The notes: generated by a model from the sequence alone, not told the origin. A stretch of 64,000 bases of DNA from Sedimentisphaerales bacterium (GCA_040772485.1 JAXGYC010000007.1:1110733-1174732); one strand, 5' to 3'. Shown: positions 20,460-33,400, numbered from the stretch's first letter. Translations and numbers: made by a program.

Positions 20460-21710
20460 TCACGCGGAAAACAACAGCGCGGCGGCGAATCCAGCGGCCG
20501 CAATGCACAAAGCCGGCGGAAGGACACGGAGGATGATGCGTGACAAAGGTGTGTCGAAGTAGCTGGCCGACAGCGCCAGGCACAGGTGGATCGGACTGAT
20601 CGCCAGGCCGAATTGCAGACCCGCAAACGCCAGCGTTTCCAGCCCCAGGTTCGTCTGCCCCCCTTGCGTGATATAGGCCATCAGGAACGGATAGGTGATC
20701 GCCACCGTGCCCATCGTCACGCCCGTGCTGGCCGCCACCAGGAATGGCAGCAGAAACACGATCAAAGCCACAGGCATGTGGAGCTGGGCAAAGAAGTCCA
20801 CCACATTGGGGACCGCGCCGCCGGCCTCAAGGTTCAGCTTGAACCACAACGCCCCGAACAGCAGCAGGACCATGTCAGGCTCCTTGGCCGCCTTGAAGAT
20901 GTCGGGCCACCGTCGGACGCTCACGCGATGCAGCAGGAGCAGGCCGAGAATCGCCAGGAAGATCGCGATCGCCGGCGGCACATCGAGTACAACGTATAGA
21001 ATGGCCGTGAATGCGATCGGCCAGAAGGCATGCACGAAATCCTTCGTGTGCGAGCCGAGGCCGGCCCTGGCCTCCATGTGTCCGCGCTGCCGAGGGGGGA
21101 TCCCGGCCAGCAGCAGGAACACGATGCCGCTAACGATTCCCGCGGCGGTCAGGACGATGTGATGACCGAGCAGCCTTCCGGCCGAGACGCCCAGCATGCC
21201 CTGGATCAGCGGGATCGCCGGGAACAGCGGCCAGACCGGCTCCCACTGATGGCGAAAGAAGAAGTTGATCGCCGCCAGGCGACTGCGGTCGACGCCGATC
21301 TTGTCGCCCGCTTCGCGCACCATCGGCGCCGACAGCATGATGCCTCCCGGCGTCGGCAGCATCCCCATCATCAGCGGAATTGCCGCCAGCGCCACCCGAC
21401 GGCTGCGGAAGAGCCCCTGCATGGCCGGCACCAGACGCGACGAGAGCCCGATCTGCCCCATTGCCTCGCCCACGACGTTGACCAGCAACAGCAGGGAAGT
21501 CAGCGACACGAACAGATAAGGAGTCGTCTGTGTCAGCGCCTTGCTCGTCCACTCGTCCACCAACTGCGCCCACATCGCCTGTGGCGTCACGCCGAGCAGG
21601 ATCGCCAGCACGCCGGCAGCCACCACCAGCGACAGACCGATCTTGACTCGGAATCGCAGCAGCGCCACCAGGACCAGCAACGAGACGAGAATGGCTCCTA
21701 ACGCATACAT
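20460..21710 (-). CDS. DUF401-family integral membrane protein (putative transporter)
   Basis: Polytopic hydrophobic protein with GMLPTPGGIMLSAPMV, NFFFRHQWEPVWPL and SPIHLCLALS. Confidence 0.8.
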   Translation of the reverse strand: MYALGAILVSLLVLVALLRFRVKIGLSLVVAAGVLAILLGVTPQAMWAQLVDEWTSKALTQTTPYLFVSLTSLLLLVNVVGEAMGQIGLSSRLVPAMQGLFRSRRVALAAIPLMMGMLPTPGGIMLSAPMVREAGDKIGVDRSRLAAINFFFRHQWEPVWPLFPAIPLIQGMLGVSAGRLLGHHIVLTAAGIVSGIVFLLLAGIPPRQRGHMEARAGLGSHTKDFVHAFWPIAFTAILYVVLDVPPAIAIFLAILGLLLLHRVSVRRWPDIFKAAKEPDMVLLLFGALWFKLNLEAGGAVPNVVDFFAQLHMPVALIVFLLPFLVAASTGVTMGTVAITYPFLMAYITQGGQTNLGLETLAFAGLQFGLAISPIHLCLALSASYFDTPLSRIILRVLPPALCIAAAGFAAALLFSA

Positions 21711-21875
21711 CGCGGTTTATCTGCGCTCCAGCAAAGCCTTTCAGCACCCGTTCGGACGTCTCCGAAGAACCGGGGGATTCTAATCGGTCCGGCCGCTGGG
21801 CGAAAGTGTGAATCCGAATGCACAAGGTCCGGACTCGCCTGGAGAGCCTCCCCACTCGAATTGCCGCCCGTTTCG

Positions 21876-22967
21876 CTATGCCTTCGCAAGGACCGTCGCG
21901 TATTCCGACCCTGTGGGGCCGCTGTCCGACAGCGCGGCGCAGGCCTTATCGAGAATCGACGTCTCCAACGGGCAGGACAGGTCCGCGGCACTGACGACGC
22001 GCAGGAACCAGCTCTTCCTCTCGGAAATGTCGCCGCCTGATTTGAGGACCTCATAGACCTCGTAGAGCGCCGTGATGTAGACGGCGGAAAGACGAACGGC
22101 CTGGTCATAGTGGCTCATGTAATCCGATTCCACGATGTACTCCTGGTACATCTTCGAATCGGCGCCGTGCTCTTCATACTCCTCAGCGGCCTTCTTGTAG
22201 GGTCCAACGGTCCGGCAGGTCCGCAGGACGAGCAGCAGATTGTCCACCGAGCTTTCGATCATCTCCTCAGCAGGAAATGCGCCGTAGACCTGGACGAATC
22301 CCCGCTGGAGGAAATAGCGAAACCATTCCTCCGTGTTTCGCGTGGTGGTGCGTTTCGGGACGCAGTCGACCCACCGGTTGAATTTCTGCTCGAAGAAGTC
22401 GTATTTCGCTCTGGCCCGGCCTCTCTGCTTGAGCCGCTCGGCGCGGTAGACCTCCTCATACAGAAAGTAATCCTGAAAGACCTCGCACTCCTGATGCTTC
22501 CGGCGGTTCCTGCCGTCCCGGTAGTAGGGCTTGGCGATCCGATTGACCAGCGGATGGATGATCTGATCGGCCGCGATGTGCGTCAGATGTCCCGCGATGT
22601 ACGCAAGCTTCCGCGTGTCGTCGTGATCCAGGAGAACCTCGTCCCCTTCATGCACCGCGTCACTGAACAACACCTCACAGAGGTTCAGCGGAAACTCGTT
22701 CGGTCGACAGGAATGCAGGTGATAGGACCAGGGCGTCACGCCGGCCGCCTGCACGAAGCCGTCCATCAGCATATCCTTGGCCGACTTGGCGATGTTGGCG
22801 TAGTAGTACAGATCCGGTCCGATGCTCCCGAGATTCATGTACGCCTGATAGAGTCGGTCCTTGTCATCCAGCATCCGCGCGAACGCGGCCAGAGGTTCCA
22901 CGCCGCTCTCCTGGAGATGTTCGAGCGCCTTGTGGGCAATCACCATGTGAGCGATGCTTGCCGGCAT
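21876..22967 (-). CDS. Zinc-dependent phospholipase C-like family protein
   Basis: MPASIAH N terminus, LGSIGPDLYYY, GHLTHIAADQIIHP and HQECE metal-ligand pattern. ATG 22967 follows AAAGGAG. No signal peptide. Confidence 0.75.
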   Translation of the reverse strand: MPASIAHMVIAHKALEHLQESGVEPLAAFARMLDDKDRLYQAYMNLGSIGPDLYYYANIAKSAKDMLMDGFVQAAGVTPWSYHLHSCRPNEFPLNLCEVLFSDAVHEGDEVLLDHDDTRKLAYIAGHLTHIAADQIIHPLVNRIAKPYYRDGRNRRKHQECEVFQDYFLYEEVYRAERLKQRGRARAKYDFFEQKFNRWVDCVPKRTTTRNTEEWFRYFLQRGFVQVYGAFPAEEMIESSVDNLLLVLRTCRTVGPYKKAAEEYEEHGADSKMYQEYIVESDYMSHYDQAVRLSAVYITALYEVYEVLKSGGDISERKSWFLRVVSAADLSCPLETSILDKACAALSDSGPTGSEYATVLAKA

Positions 22968-23104
22968 CTTGCTCTCCTTTCGATACTCAGCGGTCCGTCC
23001 CCCACTCGGATCTTCTTTCGGACATTTCACGGGGGTTCTGCAATGCAATTGCCTGCGCAGAGGGCGGGACTCAGACCGAGAATCGAAGGAGAGGGTGTGG
23101 CGGG

Positions 23105-23138
23105 AAAAAGAAAAGGCTCTGCCGCAAAGCAGAGCCTT
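23105..23138 (-). terminator. Rho-independent terminator of the cold-shock gene
   Basis: AAGGCTCTG...CAGAGCCTT stem followed by a U-rich tract on the minus strand. Confidence 0.8.
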
Positions 23139-23163
23139 CCAGACTCTGGAGTCTTGCTGACAA

Positions 23164-23367
23164 TCAGCCGGGGATCACGTTGGTCGCGCACGGGCCCTTC
23201 TTGCCCTGCCCGACCGTGAACTCCACCTTCTGGCCCTCGTCCAGGGTGGCGTAGCCCTCGGTCCTGATTTCGGAATGATGCACGAACAGATCGTCGCCGC
23301 CATCATCCGGAGTGATGAATCCGTATCCCTTATCCGCGTTGAACCATTTTACCGTGCCTGTACCCAC
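23164..23367 (-). CDS. Cold-shock protein (CspA family)
   Basis: [15 protein letters not shown] (RNP1), DLFVHHSEI (RNP2); GTG start after AAGGAG. Confidence 0.97.
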   Translation of the reverse strand: MGTGTVKWFNADKGYGFITPDDGGDDLFVHHSEIRTEGYATLDEGQKVEFTVGQGKKGPCATNVIPG

Positions 23368-23730
23368 TTGCTCTTCTCCTTAGGCCCAGCGGGCCTGTAA
23401 TGCGCTTTCCCTCTGCTTGTGAAAAAGGGGTAGACTTCGAGGGAAGAAAGCATACACCTTCACATGCGTGCCATGCTATCACCGCAACGTCCTGTGGCCA
23501 ATAAAAATGACACCAAAAAGGGAAAAAAAACAAAGAACCGTTCTCCGCATCCTCCCCGGCGCACTGAAAGCAGTTCGAGCTCGAATCTCTCCGACCAACT
23601 CGTGATCCCCCGCCCTTGCGGGCGTCTCCTGGTGACACGGCCGACCCGGCGCGTCGAACCGCCGGCCAGAGCAAGGTTGACGCAGCGGCGTTTCCGTGAT
23701 AGCTTCAGGGTGGCCTTAGGAGATGTAACT

Positions 23731-24627
23731 ATGGAACTATCCTGGATTAACAAGTTGCGCATCGGCGCGGTGATCGCTCTGGGTGTCGTGATCATCGGCG
23801 TTCTCGCCTGGCCTCTGGCGGCTCCGGACGATCCCATGTCTCCCGTCCGGTCGAGCGATATCGGTTTCGTCGGCACTCTGGTGCTTCTGGCTCTGAGTTT
23901 TGCCGTCGGCGCCATCAGTTTCTTCGTAGCCTGGCCTCACGGGCGTGAGATCGGAATTCTCGCGGTGCCCTTCGGCCTGGCCGCATGGGCTGTTCGTTCC
24001 GGCCCCATGATGTCGCTGACCCAATCGCATGCCACCGCTCAGGCAAGGCAGGAGGTTGTCCGGTCCCTTCTGTTCGAACCGGTCTACTGGCTGCTGATCG
24101 TCGCGGCCGGCTTCGCCGGCGTTCTGGTTGCCCGGTGCATCAGTGCCAACCAGGCTTTCGAGGGCGGCATCGTCAAGCTTCAGAACTGCCTCAAATCCAA
24201 TGCCGCGGTTATCGGTCTGCTCGCTCTGGTCGTGGCGGTCCTCCTCTCCAGCTTCTTCATCGGGGTCTTCGCGCAAGGCCTGCCCACATCGGCCAAGGCC
24301 CCGGCCGCACAGCCGCCCCAGGGTCAGATTGTCTTTGCCGCCATCGCGGCCTTCGCCGTGGCCGGGTTCGTCGTCAAGAAGTTCTTCGATCTGACCTATG
24401 CCTGGACCGTCCTGACTACAGCTCTCGTGATCCCTTTTGCCGCCATGGCCTACTACCGATCCGATACGATCCAGAAGTTCGCGGAGGCCATGCCGGCGGT
24501 GTATTTTCCCCACGCGATCTTCGCCGTCCTGCCCGTGCAGCTTGTGGCCTTCGGGGCCATCGGCTCGGTGATCGGATACTGGCTGGCAATTCAGTATGAC
24601 TACTGGCGGCAGCACGGTAGCGACTGA
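23731..24627 (+). CDS. Hypothetical polytopic membrane protein
   Basis: ATG 23731 after AGGAG; about 8 hydrophobic segments. Confidence 0.75.
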   Translation: MELSWINKLRIGAVIALGVVIIGVLAWPLAAPDDPMSPVRSSDIGFVGTLVLLALSFAVGAISFFVAWPHGREIGILAVPFGLAAWAVRSGPMMSLTQSHATAQARQEVVRSLLFEPVYWLLIVAAGFAGVLVARCISANQAFEGGIVKLQNCLKSNAAVIGLLALVVAVLLSSFFIGVFAQGLPTSAKAPAAQPPQGQIVFAAIAAFAVAGFVVKKFFDLTYAWTVLTTALVIPFAAMAYYRSDTIQKFAEAMPAVYFPHAIFAVLPVQLVAFGAIGSVIGYWLAIQYDYWRQHGSD

Positions 24628-24932
24628 TAATCGACAGACAATCCCCTTTTTTCTGCCGTCTCCAATACACGCAACCCCTTGCCTATAAGGCGGTTATATA
24701 CAAGCCACCCCTTGGACGCCTCCCTGGGGCCAAAGAAAAACAGAATTCTTTGGTTTCGCCCGCCCAATTGACCGACATATAGATGTCCTTACCCCCTGTT
24801 GGGAGGATACGGGACCGGCGCATGGCTGCGTAGCCAGGGCTGTTTCGCGGCGTGGAGAGTCAACAAAACGAACACAGAAATACTACTTTACGTAGGGAAC
24901 ACTGTAAAACCAGCCGACAAAAGGAGTTAACG

Positions 24933-25163
24933 ATGTTGGTTCTGAGCAGACAAAGAGATGAATCCATTATGATCGGCGATGACGTCGAGATCACGATCGT
25001 CGATGTCCGCGGGGACAAGGTGCGATTGGGCATCAACGCGCCCAAGCACATCCCGGTCCATCGCAGGGAGATCTACGACGCCATCCAGAAGGAGAAGGCC
25101 GAGAAGGCCGAAGGCGGGGAGGCCAAAGGCGCTGAGGAGAAATCCTCACCGAAGGAATCTTGA
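24933..25163 (+). CDS. csrA: Carbon storage regulator
   Basis: [56 protein letters not shown]. Confidence 0.97.
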   Translation: MLVLSRQRDESIMIGDDVEITIVDVRGDKVRLGINAPKHIPVHRREIYDAIQKEKAEKAEGGEAKGAEEKSSPKES

Positions 25164-25377
25164 GAGTATTGCCCCTCTGAGTCTGTTTCCTACCGCATCG
25201 CCGCTGCCACACCTCACCTCGGTATCCTACAACCCTCTGGTCCCATAAGAGGGTTTTCTGTCCCCCGGTTGCTCCGACACCCAATGTCGCGGCGCATTCG
25301 CCTTTGATCTGGCCCTTTTGGCTCGCCCGATAATCGCCGAGACGCTCGGCCGAAGTTGGCAACGCCCCTCTATGGGG

Positions 25378-25405
25378 TTGCACGAATCCCCGCAGCAGGT
25401 ATGAT
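25378..25405 (+). promoter_or_regulatory. Putative sigma70 promoter of the GH127 gene
   Basis: TTGCAC-16 bp-TATGAT about 40 bp upstream of the start. Confidence 0.45.
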
Positions 25406-25445
25406 CGGATCATCGCGTCATTCATGATAACTCTCATGGCAAAGG

Positions 25446-27893
25446 ATGGTCGAAATGTCACATCGAATGAGAAGAAACACCGGCCTGTGCACATCCGTCA
25501 TCATACTCGGACTTTCCGCGATGTCGTACGCCGCGAGCCAGGACCCGGCGGCGCTCCAACGGGACTACAACGTCAAGCCCGTCCCATTCCATCACGTCCA
25601 CATCGACGACGGTTTCTGGACGCCTCGCCTGGAGACCAGTCGTACGGTGACAATCCCCTATGCGTTTGGGAAGTGCGAGGAAACCGGCCGCATTCGCAAC
25701 TTCGAGAAAGCCGCCGGCCTGCGGGAGGGCAAACACGAAGGAATCTACTTCGACGACTCCGATGTCTACAAGGTCATGGAGGGAGCGGCCTATTCGCTCC
25801 AGGTCAGCCCCGACACCATGATGAGACTCTACCTCGACAAGCTGATTGCCGTCATGGCCAAAGCCCAGTGGGAAGACGGCTATCTGTATACCTTCTACTC
25901 CATCCCCGACAGACAGCCCGAGAAGAGATGGACCAATATCCAGTCGATGCACGAGCAGTATTGCGCCGGACACATGTACGAAGCCGCGGTTGCCCACTAT
26001 CAAGTCACCGGCGATGCGTCCTTCCTGAAGATCGCCACCGATAATGCAGACCTGATCTGTGACATCTTTGCGCCGGACAAGCGCACCGATCCATCGGGAC
26101 ATGAAGAGATCGAGATCGCGCTGTGCCGACTCTATCGCGCCACCGGCAACGAGAAGTACCTCGATCAGGCCAAGTTCTTCCTCGATCAGCGCGGTCGCAC
26201 CGGTCGGCGCGGACCCGACGGCAACGGGGCGCTCTACGGCGAGTACGCACAGGACCACAAACCGGTGATCGAGCAAACGAAGGCCGTGGGACACTCGGTC
26301 CGCGCCGCCTACCTGTACACAGGCATGGCTGACGTCGCCGCCCTGACGGGCAACCGGGAATACATCCGGGCCATCGACGCGATCTGGAACGACGCCGTGG
26401 GGACCAAACTCTATGTCACCGGCGGCATCGGGGCCAGCGGAGGCAACGAGGGTTTCAGCGAGCCGTACGAGCTGCCCAACCGGACCGCCTATTGCGAAAC
26501 ATGCGCCTCGATCGCCAACGTCTACTGGAACCACCGCATGTTCCTCATGCACGACGACGCAAAATACATCGACGTCCTCGAACGGACGCTGTACAACGCC
26601 GCGTTGTCCGGCATCTCCATGCCGGGCGATCGCTTCTTCTATCCGAACGTGCTGGAATCCGCGGCCGGAGACGAACGCAGTCCCTGGTTCGCCTGCGCCT
26701 GCTGCCCGTCGAACGTGGCGCGGTTCATCCCGTCGGTTCCCGGATATGTCTACGCGCACAAGAACCGCGATGTCTACGTGAATCTGTTCGCCGGTGGAAG
26801 CACCACGATTCAGACCGCCGACAATGCGGTGACCCTCACGCAGGAGACGGAGTATCCGTGGGAGGGAAAGGTCACGATCCGCGTCGAGCCGCAGGAGAGC
26901 GAGGCATTCTCCATCTGTGTCCGCATTCCGGGCTGGGCCCGCAACGAGGCGGTCCCGAGCGACCTGTACCGGTTCGTGGAATCCGTGAAGGACGAACCGA
27001 GGCTGGAGGTGAACGGCAAACGCGTTTCGCCGCCGGTCGTCCGAGGGTACGCCCGTATCGAACGCCGCTGGGAAAAGGGCGATACGATCGAGTTGCGTCT
27101 GCCCATGCCGGTCCGCCGGATCGTCGCCCACGAGGCCGTTAAGGCCGACCGGGGCAAGGTGGCCCTTCAGCGAGGCCCGCTGGTCTACTGCCTCGAAGGA
27201 CACGACAACGAAACTGCGGTGCTCAGTCTGGTGATCTCGGACGATGCCAAACTCAAGACCAGGCATCGCCGCGATCTCCTGGGCGGCGTCACGGTGGTCA
27301 CCGGCAAAGCCCGGACCGCCAAACGCACGCTCGAAGGAGACGTCGTCCCGACACGAGAGCAGCCCTTCACTGCGATTCCTTACTACGCCTGGGCGCATCG
27401 GGGACGCAGCCCGATGACCGTCTGGCCGGCCCGCATGCCGGAAGCCGCCTATCCGGAGCCGGCTGACACGCTGGCCTACACCAGCAGGACAACCGCCTCG
27501 TTCGTTCATAAATCGCTCGACGCGATCAAAGACCAGATCGTGCCGGCCAACTCCGCCGACGCCTCGGCCGGGCAACTGGACTTCTGGCCGCACAAGAACA
27601 CCACCGAGTGGCTCCGGTTCGAGTGGGACCGCAAGGAGAGAATCTCCCGCGTCCAGGTCTACTGGTTCGACGACAGCGATCACGGCGGCTGCCGCGTGCC
27701 ACAATCCTGGCGCGTGCTCTATCGCGATGCCTCTGGCGCCTTCCAGCCTGTCAGCACAGCCGATTCCTATGGCACCCAGAAGGACGCGTTCAACACGGTG
27801 ACGTTCGAAGCTGTCGAGACGGATGCGATCACGATCGAGATCGTGCTCGACGAGAACTGGTCGGCCGGCGTGCAGGAGGTGGTGATCGAGTAG
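25446..27893 (+). CDS. Secreted GH127 beta-L-arabinofuranosidase-like glycoside hydrolase with C-terminal beta-sandwich domain
   Basis: FDDSDVYK, GHSVRAAY, NEGF, AYCETCAS, WFACACCPSN (Zn-Cys/Glu motifs of GH127); signal peptide. Confidence 0.92.
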   Translation: MVEMSHRMRRNTGLCTSVIILGLSAMSYAASQDPAALQRDYNVKPVPFHHVHIDDGFWTPRLETSRTVTIPYAFGKCEETGRIRNFEKAAGLREGKHEGIYFDDSDVYKVMEGAAYSLQVSPDTMMRLYLDKLIAVMAKAQWEDGYLYTFYSIPDRQPEKRWTNIQSMHEQYCAGHMYEAAVAHYQVTGDASFLKIATDNADLICDIFAPDKRTDPSGHEEIEIALCRLYRATGNEKYLDQAKFFLDQRGRTGRRGPDGNGALYGEYAQDHKPVIEQTKAVGHSVRAAYLYTGMADVAALTGNREYIRAIDAIWNDAVGTKLYVTGGIGASGGNEGFSEPYELPNRTAYCETCASIANVYWNHRMFLMHDDAKYIDVLERTLYNAALSGISMPGDRFFYPNVLESAAGDERSPWFACACCPSNVARFIPSVPGYVYAHKNRDVYVNLFAGGSTTIQTADNAVTLTQETEYPWEGKVTIRVEPQESEAFSICVRIPGWARNEAVPSDLYRFVESVKDEPRLEVNGKRVSPPVVRGYARIERRWEKGDTIELRLPMPVRRIVAHEAVKADRGKVALQRGPLVYCLEGHDNETAVLSLVISDDAKLKTRHRRDLLGGVTVVTGKARTAKRTLEGDVVPTREQPFTAIPYYAWAHRGRSPMTVWPARMPEAAYPEPADTLAYTSRTTASFVHKSLDAIKDQIVPANSADASAGQLDFWPHKNTTEWLRFEWDRKERISRVQVYWFDDSDHGGCRVPQSWRVLYRDASGAFQPVSTADSYGTQKDAFNTVTFEAVETDAITIEIVLDENWSAGVQEVVIE

Positions 27894-27911
27894 CCCGTTC
27901 TCGATCCGGCC

Positions 27912-28430
27912 TCAGAACCGGTTGCAATGCACCTTCGAGGTCTTCAGTTCATCGGCCGGCAACGGTGTTCTCCGCTCGGCCGCATAGCCGACCGCCACGA
28001 TGGACTCGACCTTAATGTGCTCGGGAATGCCCAGGAGGTCCTGAATATACCGCTCGGAGCTGACCTGGTTGTCGTGCATTCGTTGTCGCACCTGAATCCA
28101 GCAACTGCCCAGTCCCAATGACTGCGCCGCCATCTGCACGAGGATCGAGGCGATCGAACAGTCTTCGATCCAGACGTCGCTCTGCGTACTGTCGCCGCAG
28201 ATGACGATTCCCAGCGCCGCCCCCTTGAGAAAGCCAGCCCCGTGGGGCTTGCACGTCGCCAGCTTCGCCAGCAGCTCGCGGTCATCGACGAAGATGAACT
28301 CCCACGGATCGATGTTCCGCGAGGACGGCGCTCGGAGCGCCGCCTCCCTGAGCCGCTCGATCTTCTCAGGCTCGATCGGGCGGTCGAGGTACTGGCGGAC
28401 GCTCCGCCGATTTCTGAGCAGTCCGATCAT
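27912..28430 (-). CDS. Nitroreductase family protein
   Basis: RRSVRQY, RAPSSRNIDPWEF, LGLGSCW. Confidence 0.93.
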   Translation of the reverse strand: MIGLLRNRRSVRQYLDRPIEPEKIERLREAALRAPSSRNIDPWEFIFVDDRELLAKLATCKPHGAGFLKGAALGIVICGDSTQSDVWIEDCSIASILVQMAAQSLGLGSCWIQVRQRMHDNQVSSERYIQDLLGIPEHIKVESIVAVGYAAERRTPLPADELKTSKVHCNRF

Positions 28431-28459
28431 ATCGGTCTCGAGCCGATGTCACCAGGCTC

Positions 28460-29755
<1,296 letters not shown>

Positions 29756-30005
29756 CCACACCTCTTTTCAAGGAAGTTGCTGTACACCGCCTGCCGGCGT
29801 GACCATGAAGGAATCTCCCCTTCGGCATGGCACCACGGCAAACATCCGTCCCGTCCCCCAGGCGGCCGGGGCCGGGTCCGACGCGGAGAATTCTACGCGA
29901 TTCGATGGTTGTCTGCAACAGGCCCCCTGCGGCAACCCAGCGGGGGCGACTCCGGACGTCTTCCGGGCAACGGCAGGTGTCTGCAGAAGATTTTCGTTTT
30001 TCCTG

Positions 30006-30050
30006 TTGACAAGTCTTACATTTGTACGATAATTGAATCTGACATCTGTA
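30006..30050 (+). promoter_or_regulatory. Sigma70 promoter overlapped by two BlaI/MecI-type operator boxes
   Basis: TTGACA (30006-11) and GATAAT (30028-33); TACA-TT-TGTA (30017-26) and GACA-TC-TGTA (30041-50). Confidence 0.8.
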
Positions 30051-30057
30051 AGAGGAG

Positions 30058-30438
30058 ATGGATATGAGCAAGGAGCAAATGCGTGCGATGAGCCCGGCGG
30101 AAACCGAGATCCTGCGGCTGGTCTGGCAGCTTGAGGAGGCCACCGTCCAGGGCATTTGCGAGGCCCTCCCGCCCGAGCGGAAGATCGCGTACAAGACCGT
30201 GCAGACCCTGCTGCGCCGCCTGGAACAAAAAGGCTACCTCCAGCACAAGAGCGAAGGCAAGGCCCATGTCTTCGTCCCGGCGGTCCGGCGGGAGCAGGTC
30301 GTCCGGCGGACCGTGCTCGACTTCGTCGACCGGCTCTTCGGAGGCGATCCCAGGCCGCTGATGCAATTCCTGGCCAAGGACGGCCATCTCGAAGCCAAAG
30401 ACCTCGACGAATTGAAGAAGCTCATCGACAACCCGTAG
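30058..30438 (+). CDS. BlaI/MecI/CopY family transcriptional repressor
   Basis: SPAETEILRLVW, YKTVQTLLRRLEQKGYL, FVDRLFGG. Confidence 0.95.
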   Translation: MDMSKEQMRAMSPAETEILRLVWQLEEATVQGICEALPPERKIAYKTVQTLLRRLEQKGYLQHKSEGKAHVFVPAVRREQVVRRTVLDFVDRLFGGDPRPLMQFLAKDGHLEAKDLDELKKLIDNP

Positions 30439-30465
30439 AACCTCGTTCCCTGCGGAGATACGACG

Positions 30466-33400
30466 ATGAATCTCTATCTGATCGAACTGGTGCGCTATCT
30501 GGTCGCTCAGAGCTGGCAGATCGCCGTGCTGACCCTTATGGTGGCCGGCGTCACGTGGGCCCTGCGACACAAGACCGCCCACATTCGCTACTTGCTCTGG
30601 CTGATCGTCCTGGCCAAGTGTCTCGTCCCGCCGTTCTTCGCAGTGCCGCTGAGGGTTTTGCCCGAGAAGACGGCCTCGCGCGCTATCACGGAAACCCCGG
30701 CGGCTGAGCCTGCGCCGATCCAAGCAGAAAGCACTCCAACCGCATCGATTCCGCCTTCACGGCCACCTGCCGTCGTGGAACCGGGCCGGGTCGAGCAGGT
30801 GAAACCGCCACGCGTGGACAACCGCCCGAGCCGGCCGTTGGACCTGCGGCTCCATGCCGGGATCGCCTGGATTGCGGGTGCAGGTCTGTATCTGGCGATG
30901 AACCTGCTGAGGGCCTTGCGGGGCCGTCACTGGCTCCATGCGAGGCGCCAGCCCCTGCCCGATGCGATACGGAAGGAGACGGAGGCTCTGCTCTCGACTT
31001 CCGACGGAAGGCCCGTGCCTCCCATCTGGGTCCTCGACGAGATCGGCCAGCCCTTTGTCTGGGGCCTTCTGCGAGGCAGCATCTATGTGCCTTCCCGGTT
31101 TCTGGAACTCGGCGATCCCGAGCATCGGCGGCACGTGCTGGCCCATGAACTGAGCCATGTTCTTCGTTGCGATGCGGCGGTTAACGCGCTACAGACCCTC
31201 GCCCAGGGGCTGTTCTGGTTCCATCCATTCGTGTGGTGGGCCAACCGCGAGACCCGACGAGAGCGAGAGAAATGCTGTGATGAGATGGCGGTCGCCCAGT
31301 TGGGCGCCGAAGCGAGAGCGTATTGCCATGCGGTGGTGGAGACTTTGGCGAGTGCGGAGACGTCGGCCCAGCCCGTTCCCTCGTTGGCCGTCGCCGGTCC
31401 CGTGAAGAACCTTGAGGAAAGGATCAAGACCATGTTGACACCAGGAAAGAAATTCTACAAACGTCCGAGTCTGATCAGCGCAAGCATCGTCTTTCTGGCG
31501 GCCCTTGTGACGGTCCCCACCGCCCTCGTCCTGACTGCGCGAGCCCAGACAGAACCGCCGAAAGTGGAAACCAACTCGCCCTGGACGCTGCACCAGGCCG
31601 CGGCTGCCGGAGACGTGGAGCAAGTCAAGAAGCTCCTCGCCCAGGGGGCGGATGTCAACGAGAAGGAGGAGGATGGCTCGACGCCTTTGCACAAGGCGAC
31701 CGGCAATGGGTGGAAAGACGTGGCCCGACTGCTCTTGGAGAAAGGCGCCAATGTGGAGGCCACAGACGCATCCCGCCAGACTCCTCTGCATCGGGCCTCA
31801 GGGTGGGGTTCGCGGCACATGTGCGCCTTGCTCCTCGACAAAGGAGCCAGCGTCAAAGCCACAGATAGCCAGGGGAACACGGTCCTGCATGCTGCACTGG
31901 GTCGGCAGGAAGTTAACAGAAGCTTCTTCGAATTCCTTCTGGCCCAAGGGGCGGACGTAAACGCCAGGAACGAGCAAGGCGAAACACCGCTTCACCTCGC
32001 CTGCAGGACCAGAAGACCTGCCACTTATACCCAACAGCGAGAGGAAGCAGCCGACGTCCTCCTGGCGCATGGCGCTGAAGTCAATGCGACGGACAAGAGC
32101 GGGCGTACCCCTCTCCATGTCGCTGTCGAAAACGGCCAGGACAAGGTGGTTGGGCTCCTACTGGCCAAAGGCGCTGCCGTCGACACAAAGAACGCAGCGG
32201 GTGCGACGGCTCTTCACGTAGCGGCAACGAATAGGCACTCGTCGGACATCGTCGAGTTGCTTGTGAACCGTGGGGCCGACGTCAATAGCGTCGATCCCGA
32301 CGGGATGACACCGCTGCACCTTGCGGCGCGACGCCACGACAATGAGACAACAGTGGACCGCCTGCTGGTCGCCAAAGGCGCCGACGTCAATGCCAGAGCC
32401 GCTCATGGTCAGACACCCGCACACTTGGCCGCCATGACGAATCGCAGAGACACCGTTACGTTTCTCCTTTCAAAAGGGGCCGACATCTCCTCGATCCAAC
32501 TGGCCGCGTACCTGGGAGACCTGGCGCGAGTAAAGGGCTTTCTCGAGAGTGGGGTCGGTGTCAATGCGCAGGATGCATACTCGGTGACACCGCTGCATGC
32601 CGCAGCACAGAATGGCCAGAAGGAGGTCGCCGAGTTTCTTCTCAGCAAAGGCGCCTCGGTCAACTTGGCCAGCGCAAACTCCATCATCCCGAACGGGACG
32701 ACACCCCTGCACGGCGCCGCCCTCGTAGGTTCCAGGGAAGTGGTGGAACTGCTCATCGGAAACGACGCGGAGATCGACGCAAAGGACAAGAGGGGAATAA
32801 CACCACTGTACTATGCGGCGCGATGGCAAACCGATACAGCCCGACTACTGATTGCCCATGGAGCTGATGTAAACGCCATGTCTCAGGCTGACGGGACACC
32901 TTTGCATTCAGCCGCTGGTTATGGCAACAAAGACTCGGTGCTACTCCTTCTCGATCACGGCGCCGACATCAACGCACAGAATGCGCGTGGGATGATGCCT
33001 TCAGAGTTGGCGGCCCAGCAAGGTCACGAGGACGTGGTCCGGCTTCTGATCGACAAAGGCGCTGACCTCTCCAACCGTGACGTTCTTCTGCTTTGCGCCT
33101 GCACGCACCAGCAGAAAGACCTGGTGGAGTTGCTCATTCGGAAAGGGGCCGATGTCAACTCCAAAGCTTGGGAGCATGCGCCCGCACTGCAGACCATCTG
33201 GTTCGGATACAAGACGCCGGATATTCCCAAACTGATCGGTATTCTCAGACTCCTGCTGGATAACGGCGCCAATCCCAACGCCAACGATTCAGATTGGTAC
33301 CTTCTGCACTACGCGGCACGAGATGCGGAGGTGACCCGAGTCCTTCTCGACAAAGGTGCCAATCCCAATGTCATCGACAAGACACACGGGCAATCCCCTC

